Source of the DNA: Octopus vulgaris
Lineage: Eukaryota
Direction: 5' to 3'
NCBI GenBank assembly: GCA_951406725.2
Contig: OX597817.1
Span: forward strand, 77,500,001-77,564,000
DNA length: 64,000 bases
The translations under genes were made by a program, and so were the position numbers. The notes under the pieces were generated by a model that was not told the origin of the DNA, made no database searches, and saw only the letters and a program-made list of their open reading frames with translations. Below, in pieces: positions 1 to 15,109 of this stretch (the stretch's first letter is position 1; every line of letters begins with the position of its first letter).

Positions 1-57
1 CGTATATATTTGCATATGACATAGGTATGTATATATGTGTATATATGTGTGTATAGG

Positions 58-348
58 TGGAGGCGCAATGGCCCAGTGGTTAGGACAGCGGACTCGCGGT
101 CGTAGGATCGCGGTTTCGATTCCCAGACCGGGCGTTGTGAGTGTTTATTGAGCGAAAACACCTAAAGTTCCACGAGGCTCCGGCAGAGGGTGGTGGCGAT
201 CCCTGCTGTACTCTTTCGCCACAACTTTCTCTCACTCTTTCTTCTGTTGACCTGCTCACTTAGGCTTAAAAAAAAACAATGCGAAGCGCATTGTGACCAG
301 CGATATGTAACAACATCTGATGGTCTGGACGGTCACGTGGTCACGTGA
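58..348 (+). mobile_element. tRNA-derived SINE, head type C, with a tail not seen elsewhere in the window
   Basis: A-box-like TGGCCCAGTGG and B-box-like GGTTTCGATTCC. The same head occurs at 56680 and about 62990. Confidence 0.85.
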
Positions 349-509
349 TATATATACGTATATATCTATGTACATGCATACACACACACACACACAGATA
401 TGTATATATGCGTATATATTTGCATATGGACATAGGTATGTATATATGTGTGTATAGAACCCGAAACGATGTGGTTTGGAACCAAACTTCTTACCACGCA
501 GCCACGCTT

Positions 510-631
510 GAAGGGCCACTGTAATAAGTGTGTGAATCTGAGAGGAGAATATGTTAAATAAAATCATAATTAACTGTTCCTCCTGTATTTTCTTTTACCC
601 ATAGCCAGGAATTTTTCAGCACTCCCTCATA
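510..631 (+). mobile_element. mariner transposon 3' end (transposase C-terminus plus TIR)
   Basis: Translates to HCNKCVNLRGEYVK*, matching the mariner C-terminal kC-x-x-x-x-GxYvE pattern. It ends AGCCAGGAATTTTTCAGCACTCCCTCA-TA, and a related TIR occurs at 21548. Confidence 0.75.
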
Positions 632-944
632 CATCTGTCTGTACCTAATTGCTTTGTTTTCCTTTTCCATGCCAAAATAATTAAAGTTATTTATCATTAT
701 TACGCTACTCTTATTAATGAATTTAGAAGCTTTGTAAGTTTGCCTCACTCACTTACAATAACAAATTCAAAATAACCGACTTTATGAAAGGAACAAGCTT
801 TTACATTTATCAGAGTCCAATTATTGTCGATCAAATTAAGGCCAATACGACACTGGTGTTTTTTTTTTTATCGAGCTCAGTATAATTTGAACTCAGAAGA
901 AAATTGCTAGCCTTGCACCAAAGTTAGAGAGGAATTATTATTAT

Positions 945-1210
945 TGTGAGCTGGGAGAATCGTCATCGAGTTCAAATGCCGCCGAGGTCGACTTTGCCTT
1001 TTATACTTTTTAGGGCGATAAAAGTAAGTTTGAGTCGAAAACTCGCGTTGATGTAATCGACTAGGCCCCCTCCCCACAAATTTCAGGCTTTGTGCCTATA
1101 ATAGAAAGGATTATCATTGTTATTACTGAGGCAGAATCGTTAGCACGCTGGACGAAATGCTTAGAGGTATTTCGCCCGTCGCTACGTTCTGAGTTCAAAT
1201 CCCGCCGTGG
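945..1210 (+). mobile_element. Two SINE-B copies (one truncated)
   Basis: GAGTTCAAAT..GCCGAGGTCGACTTTGCCTTT..GATGTAATCGACT, shared with more than 15 copies in the window. Confidence 0.8.
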
Positions 1211-1249
1211 TTGACGGAAACTGAAAGAAGCCCTTAATATATGTATATA

Positions 1250-1509
1250 TTCTTCTACTTGTTTCATTCATTTGACCGCCACCATGCTGGAGCACCGGCT
1301 TAAAGAGTTTTAGTCGAACAAATCGACCCCAGGACTTTTCTTTGAAAGCCTATAACTTATTTTATTGGTCTCTTTTGCAGAACCGCTAAGTTACAGGGAT
1401 GTAAACACACCAACATCGGTTGTCATGCGATGGCGGGAGTCAAACATACACGCATACATACACACATACAAACATATATATACATACATATACATGCATA
1501 TATATATAC

Positions 1510-1576
<67 letters not shown>

Positions 1577-1810
1577 TATACACATATATACATATACATA
1601 CATATATGTTTATATATATATATATATATATATAGATAGATATATATGACAAGCTTCTTTCAGATTCCGTCTGCCATATCCCCTCATAAGGCTTTGATCG
1701 GCCCGGGGCTATTATAGAAGACCCATGCCCAAGATTCCACGCAGTGGCACCGAACCCGGGACCATGTGGTTGGAAAGCAAGCCTGTTACCAAACAGCCAC
1801 GCCCGCGCCT
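1250..1810 (-). mobile_element. SINE-A, near full length, with an expanded internal (TA)n/(CA)n linker
   Basis: Reverse complement of the full-length copy at 16782. Confidence 0.85.
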
Positions 1811-1829
1811 ATACATATATGTACGTGTG

Positions 1830-2000
1830 CATCTTTGTGTCCGTATTTGTCACCCATCACCGCCTGACAACCGTATCATAGCAGCTCGGCAAAAGAGAGC
1901 GATAGAATAAGTCCTGGGGTCGAATTGTCCGACCAAAAGACCCTTCAAAGCGGTGCCCCAGCATGGCCGCACTCAAACGACTGTAACAAGAAAAAGATAA
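1830..2000 (+). mobile_element. SINE-A 3' half
   Basis: GGCAAAAGAG..GATAGAATAAG..GGGGTCGA..CAGCATGGCCGCA. Confidence 0.75.
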
Positions 2001-3710
2001 AGGATCAAATATTGTGACTAATCCCTAACTAAGTTACATAATCCTCACAACCAGACCGCCGTCGGTGCCTGGCTCCGGATTTATGGTTTCGCTCTTGGAT
2101 AAAAACGTCTGTCTATATCAGGTACCATTACCATGTGATCTAGGGATATTTACTAAATCTTTTAAGAGCTTAAGAGACTTGGAGCTCGTAGAATTAACTC
2201 GATTGTGCCAAATACATCGTGAAATACATTGGGGGATCTATGAACTGGCTTCTAGCCCAATACCATAATCATTCGGCTAATTCGCTTTTACTCATATGAT
2301 GAAATTATATGATACGTTAGTAAACCAGCCGTGGTACGTTAGGAAGACTTCTGTAACAGGTTCGAACCTAAGTCTCGTAATCATGCGCCCTGAATAAGAA
2401 TGTTAGTTTTGTTTTATTTTTGTTTCTTTTAACATGGTTAGTTTTAGGCTTATTGCATTTTAATCGACAAAAATATTTCATCAAATTCAATAAGGCGTTT
2501 GACGGTCCATGACTCTCTCATCGTAGTCGTCGTCATCATCATCGTCGTGGTGGTGGTCGTCGTCATCACCATCATCATTTTCTATTCTTGTTTTTTTTCT
2601 CCCGCTCTTTATATCTTCTTACTCTATTCTTTTACTCTATTCTTCATCCTTCTTCTTCTTGTTTTTTTCCTATCCTCCTCCTCCTCCCTATATCGTTGAC
2701 ATACAAAGTTGGACCTGTAAATCACAGGTACAGTTCATCAGACAGGTTTCCGAACAGTTTCTATTTTTCCAGTTTTATCCCCAAGTCTTGACTTGAACGG
2801 AAGCAATTATGAATGACACTTGCCCAACATCTCACGCAGAGAGATCGAACCAGAAACCATGTATACAGAATGAATTTCTTAAATGACTGGCCATGCAGTG
2901 TCCACATACATACATACATACATACGTAGGTACATACATACATATGCACACACACATAGACACGCGCGCGCACATATATACATATATACACGCGCGTGAT
3001 ACACCCTTATTTCTGTATGTATGCATGTATATGCAAACATGCATGTATATGCAAACATGCATGTATATACATGTATATATGCATATATGTATGTATGCAT
3101 GTATCCATAAATTCATATATGTATACATTTATGTATTATGTGTACATGTATGTATGTATGTTCGCATGCACTAATATATGTATGCGTGCACGTATCTATA
3201 TATGGATATATATATATATACATACATATATATATGTGTGTGTATGTGTGTGTATGTATGTGTATGTATGTCTGTATGTATGTATGAATGTATGTATCTA
3301 TGTATGCATGTATGTGTGTATATGCATGTATGTATCTCTGTAAGCATATAAGTACATATAAGTATGCGAGTGTGTGCTGCGGGGAAAGTTAATTTAAGTC
3401 GGTTGTGTTAGGAACAATTCACAAAATATCGGAACGTGAAGATGCCAAAGTTTTTAAAAAGGTACGAGATGACGTGGATCTGAAGAAAGAATTTTGGGTT
3501 AAAAAATAATGAAAATAAAAAAAAAGAAATAAGAAGTATAAAAGTATAAAAAAAAACAAAAACAAACAAACAAACACACTAGTATAAGCAAACAAAATTC
3601 ACAGAATATAAAAACTCAGAAGTCAGAAATTCCACAAGCAATTTTTTTACTTATTCTCTTTGGTCCTAGGAGCATTTCGGCACGCTTCTCACCATAACGA
3701 AATTCCAAAG

Positions 3711-3767
<57 letters not shown>

Positions 3768-4111
3768 CTATATGTATATGTCTGTTTATGTGTGTGTATA
3801 TATATGTATATATGTATATATATATATAATCTCTATATGCATACACCCATTCACGTATTTAATATGTGTGTGTGTGTGTGTGTTTGTGTGTATCAGTATA
3901 CATACATATATGTGAGTGTGTGTGTGTGTGTGTGCGTATCTATAATGCAGTCTTACAAACATATATAAGCAAATATACAATACATATACAAAAATATATA
4001 TATATCTATAAGTTTGTTTTATAATTCTTTAGCTGTTAAGTCAGATCCCCTGTTAGCATTTAGCGGAGAAATATTTTATTGAAGAACACTACAGGTGCAA
4101 GATCAGGACCA

Positions 4112-4163
<52 letters not shown>

Positions 4164-4253
4164 AATGTAAAATTGGGGAACTTGTCTTAGACACGTTCTC
4201 TTCCAGAGTGGGGCAGGCACCACAGTAAATGTTTATTTTATTAGTTGTTGTTG

Positions 4254-4330
<77 letters not shown>

Positions 4331-4545
4331 GTTATTATCATTATTATTGTTGTTATTGCTATCCCTCCCACATGACACGTTACGGCTCACGAGCATAACA
4401 TTTAAGGACAAGTCATAATATAACCTATGAATACTTGTCAATGTGCGTGTGCGAATATGTGTATGTGTCAGTGTGAGTGAGCGAGTGTGTGTGTGTGTGT
4501 GTGAGGGGAGAAAGAGGAGGCGGAAGATGAGGGGAGAGGGGAGAG

Positions 4546-4883
4546 ATTGGGGCCACGTGACTCGGAAGTTTGCCTGTCGGACTAATAATGATCATAACGA
4601 CGAGGTTTCGATTCGTAGATCGGACGTCACGTCGAGTCCTTGCCTAGCACACTTCATTCAATGCCCTTCTCGTCCTTTCACCAGAAAAATAGTTCCGTTT
4701 GTCTACTGCAGAGTAGCATCACAGGGGCTTTTAACCCCCTGATTCTTGTAAATGACAGATATCAATAGTTCCTATGATGGCTACGTCACTGGGATGATGG
4801 TGATGATGATGATGATGATGATGAGGAGGAGGAGGCAGGAAGGAGGACGACAACGACGACGCGTTAACGAATCTCAGGTAAGG
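4546..4883 (+). promoter_or_regulatory. Candidate promoter and first exon ending in a 5' splice donor
   Basis: CpG-rich unique DNA with ATTGG (4546), CACGTG (4554), CGGAAGT (4563), GACGTCA (4623), ACGTCA (4783) and CAG|GTAAGG at 4877/4878. Confidence 0.4.
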
Positions 4884-6284
4884 GCCATATTGAAATATTG
4901 CCCTCACAATTGCGACAGTGCTGCCACTTGCATATACGGATATCTTAAATCAGTGGGCCTCAACCATATTTACCTACGGACCCTTTTTGATTCCTCTTTA
5001 ACTCGAGGGAACACACAGTCATTCGATGTTTATTAGTAATTGTATAAGAAAAAATGGCTAAGATAAGTGGTGCATTGAAGAAGTATAAGCTATTTATCGT
5101 ACATAAATGTTAACAATTATGTGAACCCCACCCCATATGAGAACCATTGTCCTAAACCATATCCAGAAAAGGGCCTCCCGATTGATCGGCTTAAAGTTAT
5201 AGATACGCTCCAGCGTCAAGACCACGGGGGTAACGTCATTATCATCATCACCTTTCTCTCTCTTTCTCTTTCTTTCTCTCTGTCCATTCTGCTGCTACTA
5301 TAATAGTAAGCTTTGAGTCGGCTGTGGCTAATTCTACTTCCGAGTTAGCGATCTCGATCCACTCGATAGCCATATCCCCCCAAGACATCGGTGCCAAGTT
5401 ATCTTCTCGTTCCTCATTTTCTTCCTATGAATCTTGACTCATTATGGTTCAAGTGGAGCATCAAGAATATCCATCTCATCGGCTTAGGAGTGCCTGTGAT
5501 TTCAGATTTAGCTGCTATTTTTAGCACATGAACCTAACCTAACCTAACCACATGCATGATCACCTTGTTGACTCATACAATTTATTAAGTAAATCATGAA
5601 ACATACCCTTAAAGTGGCGTAGCACAAATAATCAGGAAAACCAGTTCAATTCATACCAAGCCAGTAACTGAAAAACAGCAACCGTCCGATTGCATCTAAT
5701 CCCTGATACACATCCATACAATTATAGCTTTATACATGCATATAATATTGATTTTCTTACATCGGCACAAGGCCAGAACCTTGTAAGAAACGGATATAAT
5801 CGATTGAAGGATTTACTTTTGTTTACCATTTTATGAATGTGCTTTTGTTTTGTTATGGTGTCTTTGGTTGTAGGTTTTCCATATGCCAGACACACACTGT
5901 ATTTCCGATTCGATGCCGCGATTAACAAAGCGGGCAGAACTGTCTGAGGAAAATCGGGTGTAGTAAATATCAACAGGTTATTTTATGTTCTATTCACCGA
6001 TTTATCCGGAATTTCTTGCTGGTGTATGTCTGTCACCGACGTACGTGCGACGCACCCCTTACTATACTATACGTTCTCGCTCCTCTCTCTCTTTCTCTCT
6101 CTCTTCATATATATATATATACATATATATATATAAATTGAAAGTGACAGTGTTTGGTGACTCGAGTTCCAGACTCAAGGTAAAAAGAAATCCATATCCT
6201 CTACAGCATGTATTGAGCACTCCTCTCTCATTTGTCCGACATAAACGAACGTACATATGTGTGTGTGTATGTATCCATGCATGC

Positions 6285-6357
<73 letters not shown>

Positions 6358-7964
6358 TAGAACTTTTGTTACCTTTTCTGTGTAAGAGACACTCTCGTCA
6401 ATTTTAATGGTGGTGAAACACACATGACTTGACTGAAACAATGTTCATCTCGAGAGGTACCAGAATTGTAACAAACATTTTATGTAAAAGGGTTGTTTAT
6501 TCGTATTCCTGGTGCTGAGTTACTCTTTCTTCCAGCCCGTTAGCAACCTTAACACACACACACGCGCGCGCGCGCACACACACACACGATGGTGGTGAAG
6601 CGAATTTCGCAAATACATAGACGTAGCAGACCTTTGCAATCAGTGTAGATCAACTCGTCATACCGTAGGCTGGTTTTATCTAAAGTGTTCCTGGTTCAAA
6701 TCAATAAACAAAACAATAGGATGTGCTTGAAAATGTCCTAGCTACTAATCCAGTAACCACTTGAGTTCTCACGTTGGTTAACTGAGTTCTTAAAAGCCAT
6801 TGTTGATTCCAAGAGAATTTGAAGTCTGTAAACAATGTAGTAAAATTTTTACAAATGCTAAATCATTCAAAGGATTTGCAAGGATTTGAGCCGTCTTTTT
6901 GAAGTTTATCGTACCCAGTCCATGAACTTTCATTGCATTTTTTTAATATTAATTGTACCTCAAGATCAGAAGCTAAAAGGAAAAAGAGAAGACGCTCTAT
7001 TTTCCTCAACGAAGGTAACAGTTTCAATTTAGGCATGAATATTATAGAATGAGAGCTGTTTGATTTAACAGCTATTTCTGCTACAAGATTGCCCTTGATA
7101 ATACTGACATAAAATCACTATTATTGGAAGTAGAACATTCGGTTATATAAATCGCAGAATTTAGATGGTTCGCATTTTAACGACCTCGAAAAGCTTGAAG
7201 ACGACATTTAACTCTCGTAGGATTTGATCTCAGAATATAAATATCACAACATTGAAATTTGTTCTACTAATTCTAAACCCCCTTTCATAAAGATATTTAA
7301 TATTATTACAGGGCCAGAAATGTGGAAAGAGAGTAGAGTCAATTAAATAACGCCAAAACTTAGTTGGCCTTTGTTTCATTGAACCTGGAAGGATGAAAGA
7401 CGAAGTTGATCTGTAAACCTCGAATCGCTCATGCTCAATATGTAAGGTCAGTGCGATGGATGCTGTTGAGTAAGATCGTGTTGATGCACCTGAAGAAAAG
7501 ATTAAAGGCAGGCACCTTTGTCTTCGGTTAACTCCTCATCGACCCTTTCAAGTTCCACTTTGAAAGGAAAGTGGGTGTATGAATAAATAAGCGTGTTTGC
7601 CCCCAGCGAATTTGTCCAAGGTGAACATGAAATGATTAGAACTACACACAGCGTGCACTTTTTCATTGGAGAACAACAGCTAGGTGAGGAATCGTGTCGT
7701 TAATGGTCAGGATGACTTTGAATTTGTGCTCTTCCTCAATTGGCCCTAGCTGGAGTTTCTCCTGTATCAGTAGGACTGTATCATTCATGTGATCACCTAT
7801 TTAGTATATTTTGTATAGTTTTCATTTCCTTTCTCCTTCATCCCTTGTTTTTCCTCGCCTGATTTTATATACATACCGCACTTCAGAATTGTGGCCACCC
7901 TTTGTAATATTCCTCTCAATGACCTCCTTGTCATAAGAGAAATTACAATTATTATTATTATTAC

Positions 7965-8022
<58 letters not shown>

Positions 8023-8023
8023 A

Positions 8024-8232
8024 AACTGGCAGAATCGTTAGCACGGCGGGCAGAATACTTAGCGGCATTTCATCTCTCTTTACGTTCTGAGTTCAAATTC
8101 CACCGGGGTCAACTTTACCTGTCATCCACTTGGGTGGGTTGATAAAATAAGTACAAGTTGAACACTGGGTCGATGTCATTGACTAACCCCTCCCTTCCCA
8201 AAAATTGCTGGCCTGGTGCCAAAATTTGAAAC
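8024..8232 (+). mobile_element. SINE-B between (ATT)n arrays
   Basis: CTGGCAGAATCGTTAGCACG..TTCTGAGTTCAAATTC..CCAAAATTTGAAACC. Confidence 0.85.
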
Positions 8233-8287
<55 letters not shown>

Positions 8288-8447
8288 GGTACTATGCCTG
8301 TTACAATTAGCTTTCAGCAAAACGAATTACATGCATGTGTAAAAAGTGTGAAGAGCTGAGGAGTAAGATAAATATTGATATAAAGCTGAATGAAAACAGC
8401 AGTTTCGCAGTTACTAATTTATTTATATATCCAGTTACCAATCACAC

Positions 8448-8495
<48 letters not shown>

Positions 8496-8531
8496 CCTAC
8501 AAGACTGCACTCCTTTCTTTCTAAGTCCCCA

Positions 8532-8589
<58 letters not shown>

Positions 8590-8930
8590 GAAGCATTGAT
8601 GTACTAGTGTACTTGATCTATATAGCAAAACGCTTACGTAGTTAACCTAGAAAGAAATGTAAAGGGTAACTCTGCACATTCGCTCGATCTGTTATATGAA
8701 AAAAAATTGAAGCAGCTAACTCTCTCGGATCACATCGAACTTTCTGAAATGAGGCAAGTACACATTGTCTAGCGCGGGTTCAACATACCTCTGAAAAGGC
8801 GTGATGGCTACGGCTATAAAGTGACTCAATTAAAGTTGAGCAACGACGACAAGAACAACAACAACAAACTGATTAAGATCCTTATAAAAAATGAGCGACT
8901 TCTTTAAGGTTATTATTTTCTGTTTCTAAC

Positions 8931-9140
8931 GCGGCGAGCTGGCAGAATAATTAGCCCGCCGGGCAAGTGCTTAGCGATATTTTGTCCTTCTTTACGCTCT
9001 GAGTTCAAATTCTGCCAACGTCAACTTCACGTTTTATTCTTTCGGTGCCGATAAAGTAGGTACTATATGAGGACTGGAGTCGATGTAATCGACAGGCCGC
9101 GTTTCCTGAAATTGCTGGCGTTGTGCCAAAATTTGAAATC
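8931..9140 (+). mobile_element. SINE-B
   Basis: GCGGCGAGCTGGCAGAA head and family body. Confidence 0.8.
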
Positions 9141-9165
9141 ATTTGTACTGTTTCTACGATTGATA

Positions 9166-9425
9166 AAAAAAAATAAATGCGCTCTTTTAAAGCCTAGCCA
9201 GGCTCACGGGCCCGGTTTCCCGGTTTCTATGGCGTATCTGTTCCCCAGCTGGACGGGACGCCAGTCCATCGCAGCTCTACTCATTTTTGCCAGCTGAGTG
9301 GACTGGAGCAACGTGAAATGAAGTGTTTTGCTCAAGAACACAACGCGTCGCCCGGTCCAGGAATCGAAACCACAATCTTACGATCATGATGCTGACACCC
9401 TGACCACTAAGCCACGCGCCTCCAC
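9166..9425 (-). mobile_element. tRNA-head SINE with CORE-like and V-like domains, 14-bp TSD
   Basis: Minus strand reads TGGCTTAGTGG..GGTTTCGATTCC, then TTGTGTTCTTGAGCAAAACACTT (CORE-like), then GCGATGGACTGGCGTCCCGTCCAG (V-like). TSD TTCTACGATTGATA at 9152-9165 and 9426-9439. Confidence 0.9.
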
Positions 9426-10278
9426 TTCTACGATTGATAGGGCTGATAAATCGTATCGATTACATGCTTCTCTCAAAGCATGCGATTTGAGTTAATACAT
9501 CTATCCTCGTTTATCACTGATTCATTGATCATTGATCCAAGATAACACGATACGCTCGTTGTGAACTGTGTTACGCTTATCACCAATTAATGGCATAACA
9601 CTGATCGGCGATCAATCGAACATTTTGCTTGACCAGCAAAAGCGATCCCCGCCCCTACCAGTCACCATCCACAACGCCCAGAACAACTTGGTGTCTTACA
9701 ACAAAGCTTAATATTCCTATATGATTTTTTATACGTTTATCACTTATTCCTATAACAGGGCATGCCTTTTTGCGACAAAACACCCGTGATAAATGAGGAT
9801 CAATGTATTGGAAGCCATTATTAATATTAGCAGTATTAATAAAAATTCTTTAATTAATAATGAAACTAGAGTCTTTGTTATTCATCATAATTTTGCCACG
9901 AAAGCAATATCAGGAAATATGACATACATGCAATAATAATATTTTAACTTCTATCAAATTTCTTATTGTTGGTACAAGATAATAGAATTAATGCTGATTT
10001 TCACACTGTATGTGCGTGTGTGTGTGTGTAACGTTCCTTCACTCATTGGCTGCCACCAAGCCTAGTGTATACACTTATCCAGCGTCTCTTATGTTAACTA
10101 CCTATGTATCTTTCTTTTATTCTCTTTTCCTCTCCTCTCGCCTTCTCTCACTCTATATACGATGAAAATCCATTCACAAAGCTTTAGTCGGCCCAAGGTG
10201 CCATGCCGCGGGACTGATCTCAGTACCATGTGATTGGAAAGCAAACTTCTTACAATACAGCCACGTATGGTTGACTAT

Positions 10279-10440
10279 AGGCGCAGGCGTGGGTGTGTGG
10301 CAAGAAGCTTGCTTCTCAATCACACGGTTCTAGGTTCAGTCCCACTGCGTGGAACCTTAGACAAGTGTCTTCTACTATAGCCTCGGGCCGACTAAACCCC
10401 TGTGAGTGGATTTGGTTGACCGAAACTGAGAGAAGCCGTC
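10279..10440 (+). mobile_element. SINE-A 5' half, followed by about 500 bp of TA/TACA/TACATG repeat
   Basis: AGGCGCAGGCGTGG..GGTTCAGTCCCACTGCGTGG. Confidence 0.85.
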
Positions 10441-10555
10441 ATATATATATATATATATATATTCATATATATACATATATATACATATATATATATTATA
10501 CATATATACATATATATTATACACATATATTATACATATATATATGCATATATAA

Positions 10556-10611
<56 letters not shown>

Positions 10612-11419
10612 ATATGTATATACATGTATATATGTATATACATGTATATATATATATGCATATATATATGCGTATATATATACATATATACATGTATATA
10701 CATATATATATACATGTATATACATATATATATACATGTATATACATATATATACATGTATATACATACACATACATATATACATATATATACATGTATA
10801 TACATACACATACATATATACATATATATATATGTACATATATATATACATATATCTATATACACATATATACATATACATATATACAAATATATATGCA
10901 TATATATGCATATTTATAAACACGTATATATACATATATTTATATATACACATGTGTGTGTGTGTGTGTTGGTTTAGACGTATCTGAAAAGGTAAAGGTT
11001 CAAATGCGTCCTTGTAAAAGGGATGCTTGCATATCGTGCAGGTGTATATATGTGTCTGCAAAAACATGTGTGGCCTACAAATTCGCGCTTGTGTCAGTAT
11101 AAAAATGTATGAGCGCTTGCGTAAAAACCTTGTTTGTATCAACTTAGAAAAATTAAAATGTCCACATTCGAGTACAGGCTTTTTTTTTTTTTCGCTGGTA
11201 TAAACATATGTTTGTGCGTATGAAAACGTGTGTGCGTGTAAGAGTTTTGTATGTGCCTGTGGAAAGATGCGATTGTGTAAACGTATGTTTTTGTCTTAAA
11301 AAACGTGTGTTTGTGTGAACGCATGTGTCTCCCCCCCCCTAAAAACGCATTATGCATGAAGACGTATGTTTGTCTGTAAAAACGTCTGTGGATTGTAAAC
11401 GTATCCGTTCATTCTCTCG

Positions 11420-12253
<834 letters not shown>

Positions 12254-12420
12254 CGACGAGCTTCTTTCAGTTTCCCCTCTACCAAATCCACTCACAAGGC
12301 TTTGGTCGGCCCGTGGCTATAGTAGAAGATACTTGCCCAAGTTGCCATGCTATGGGACTGAACCCAGAACCATGTATTTGAGAAGCAATCTTCTTACCAC
12401 ACATCTACGTCTGCGCCTAT
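12254..12420 (-). mobile_element. SINE-A 5' half
   Basis: CTACCAAATCCACTCACAAGGCTTTGGTCGGCCCG. Confidence 0.85.
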
Positions 12421-12970
12421 ATATTTAATGTCTGTAAAAATGTGAGTGCGTGTAAACGTATGTTTGTCTGTAAAAAAACGTGTGTGGCCCGTAAACACAT
12501 ATTTATATCTGGGTGAAAAACGAGTGTTTGTAAAAACGTGCGTGCGTATGTGTTAAAGCATATTTATATAAGTGTTAAAATATCACTCGCGCATTGGAGT
12601 AAAAACTTGTTCGCATTTGATGTAAAGGCATTTTCACGTGCATCAATAAATGCGCACTTGTGTGACTACGTGCGTCTATACGTGAAAGCATGTTTTTGTC
12701 GGGAAAATTTTAATGCGTTTATATTTTATTTTGCTTCTATTTTCTACGGCTTAGTCAAGCAGGAAGAAGGACATAATCCTTTCCAGGGCTTCTGTAACAG
12801 ATGGGAAGAGGTCAGGACTTTGTTTTCAATCTTGGAGATCTGCTTATTTCAGAATGGACTCAGCTAAAGGCTCAATGGCTTGAGCACGCGCTGTCCAAGA
12901 CTTCTATTGAGCTTGCTGCCTCCTCTTCGGGCACCCAAACCTATACAAGTTTATGCAGCAAGTAAAAACG

Positions 12971-13210
12971 ACGAGCTGGAAGACACGTTAGCACGCCGGA
13001 CGAAATGTGTAGCCGTATTTCGTCTGCCGCTACGTTCTGAGTTCAAATTCTGCCGAGGTCGACTTTGCCTTTCATCCTTTCGGGGTCGACAAATTAAGTA
13101 CCAGTTACGCACTGGGGTCGATGTAATCGACTTAATCCCTTTGTCTGGCCTTGTTTGTCTCCACTGTGTTTTAGCCCCTTGTGGGCAATAAAGAAATAAG
13201 AAATAAGAAA
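12971..13210 (+). mobile_element. SINE-B, longer-tail subfamily
   Basis: Family body plus TTAGCCCCTTGTGGGCAATAAAG tail and AAATAAG terminal repeats. Confidence 0.88.
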
Positions 13211-13823
13211 TATGTTTACACAGCAAGATCGAGAAGCACCGTCCTTATAAAAGAATCATCTGGGGTGGAACTCCCTGCTCGAACTAGCTACGCTAATGCG
13301 AAGGTTCCCCCGCCGATACGTCAGTTGGTGGTGTTGAACAGGGTGACAATCTATGTCTATCGTCATAGATTGAATGTCAAAATTTCTGAATAGTTATCAC
13401 TACGAGATGGGGATAGGAAAAGGTCACCGTATAGAGGGGTATCATGTGAAAAAAAAAAAATAATAAGATAAAAAAGAGAAAAAAAAAAAAGAATAAGAAA
13501 AATTGAAATGTTTTTAACTATAGACATTTCTTTCAAAGTCGGAATGAAGGACTGAATCATACAATTCTTTGCCTATTTCTTTAGGAGGTAGCGACAGTTA
13601 TTCCAACTCGCCTCCAATTATATCTATAACTTAAAACTAAAGAGGTTTATTCCAACCAAAAATGCGTGTGTCCTTGGGTAAAAAAGCTTGTTTGCGTGTG
13701 ATATGTCATAGTGAATTTTACACGCACACATGAATGTATGTTTGTGTGTGAGAATGTGCTATCATGATGGTGCGAAACTCGTGTTGTTGTTGTTGTTGTA
13801 GCTGTAGTTGTTAACGATGGTGG

Positions 13824-13880
<57 letters not shown>

Positions 13881-13973
13881 CGCGCGCGTGTGTGTGTGCG
13901 CGTGTGTGTAAAAGAAACGGTATTTCTGTGAAAATATGTGTGCTATGCTTGTGTGAAAGTATGTCCGCTCGTC

Positions 13974-14026
<53 letters not shown>

Positions 14027-14134
14027 GTTATTATTATTATGTCCCTCATCCTTGGCCCTTGTGGCAAATATATGAAATAATTATCATTATCATTATGATC
14101 ATCATCATAATCATCATCACCATTATTATCATCA

Positions 14135-14174
<40 letters not shown>

Positions 14175-14672
14175 GCTGGTGCGAAAGCATAAGTGAAAGT
14201 CTGCAGGTGCGTGCGTGTGTGTGTGTGTGAATCATGTATGTCTGTGTGAGTATGTGTGAGAGAGAGAGAGAAAGAGAGACAGAGAGAGAGAGAGAAAGAG
14301 AGACAGAGAGAGACAGAGAGAGAGAGAAAGAGGGAGAAAAAGACAGACAGAGAGAGAGAGTCTTTCTTAGCTATAACCCTATGTATAAATGTGGAATGTT
14401 AAACCTTTACAAGTATATGCGCTTGTGCGCGCGCGCGTGTATAAGAGAGAGTGAGAGAAAGAAAGAAAGAAAGAAAGAAAGAAGGAAAGAGAGAGAATCA
14501 TTGCTATACTTTATTATGTATGTATGGAATGTTAACTCTTTATAAATATGTCCGTGTGTATGTGTTTTATGTGAGTGCGTGCGCACGCGTATATTAAGGA
14601 AAAATCATAAACAACAGCAGAAAGAATAATAATTTCTCACACATACTTCTTTTATAATTTATTAATTCATTC

Positions 14673-14819
<147 letters not shown>

Positions 14820-15065
14820 TAAAGGTTATTTCGTCATACTATTTCGTTTTCTTCTCTACTTAATATATTATGATCATTAATTAAAAAGAAAGAATAAAAC
14901 AAAGAAAAAATAACAAAAACAGCTAACAAAAATTATTATTATTAATATTATTTCTTTCATATCTATCATTACTGAACTCCAGTGGGTTGGCGGGCGATGG
15001 GGTTGAGGGCAGAGAAAGAAAGAGAGAGAGAGAGAGAGAGAAAGAGGTGGAGGGAGAGAGGGTGA

Positions 15066-15109
<44 letters not shown>

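Noticed and set aside
58-135. tRNA-like sequences, also at the heads near 9350-9425, 16782, 40160-40231 and 56680
   Set aside because: They have A/B boxes but no complete cloverleaf, and they continue into SINE bodies.
2065-2268. 67-aa non-repetitive ORF
   Set aside because: It has a GTG start, no recognisable motif and no convincing splice context. ORFs of this length arise by chance.
10293-11142. YIYI, HTHT, CVCV, MYVC and LSIY-type ORFs here and throughout the window
   Set aside because: They are translations of di- and tetranucleotide microsatellites.
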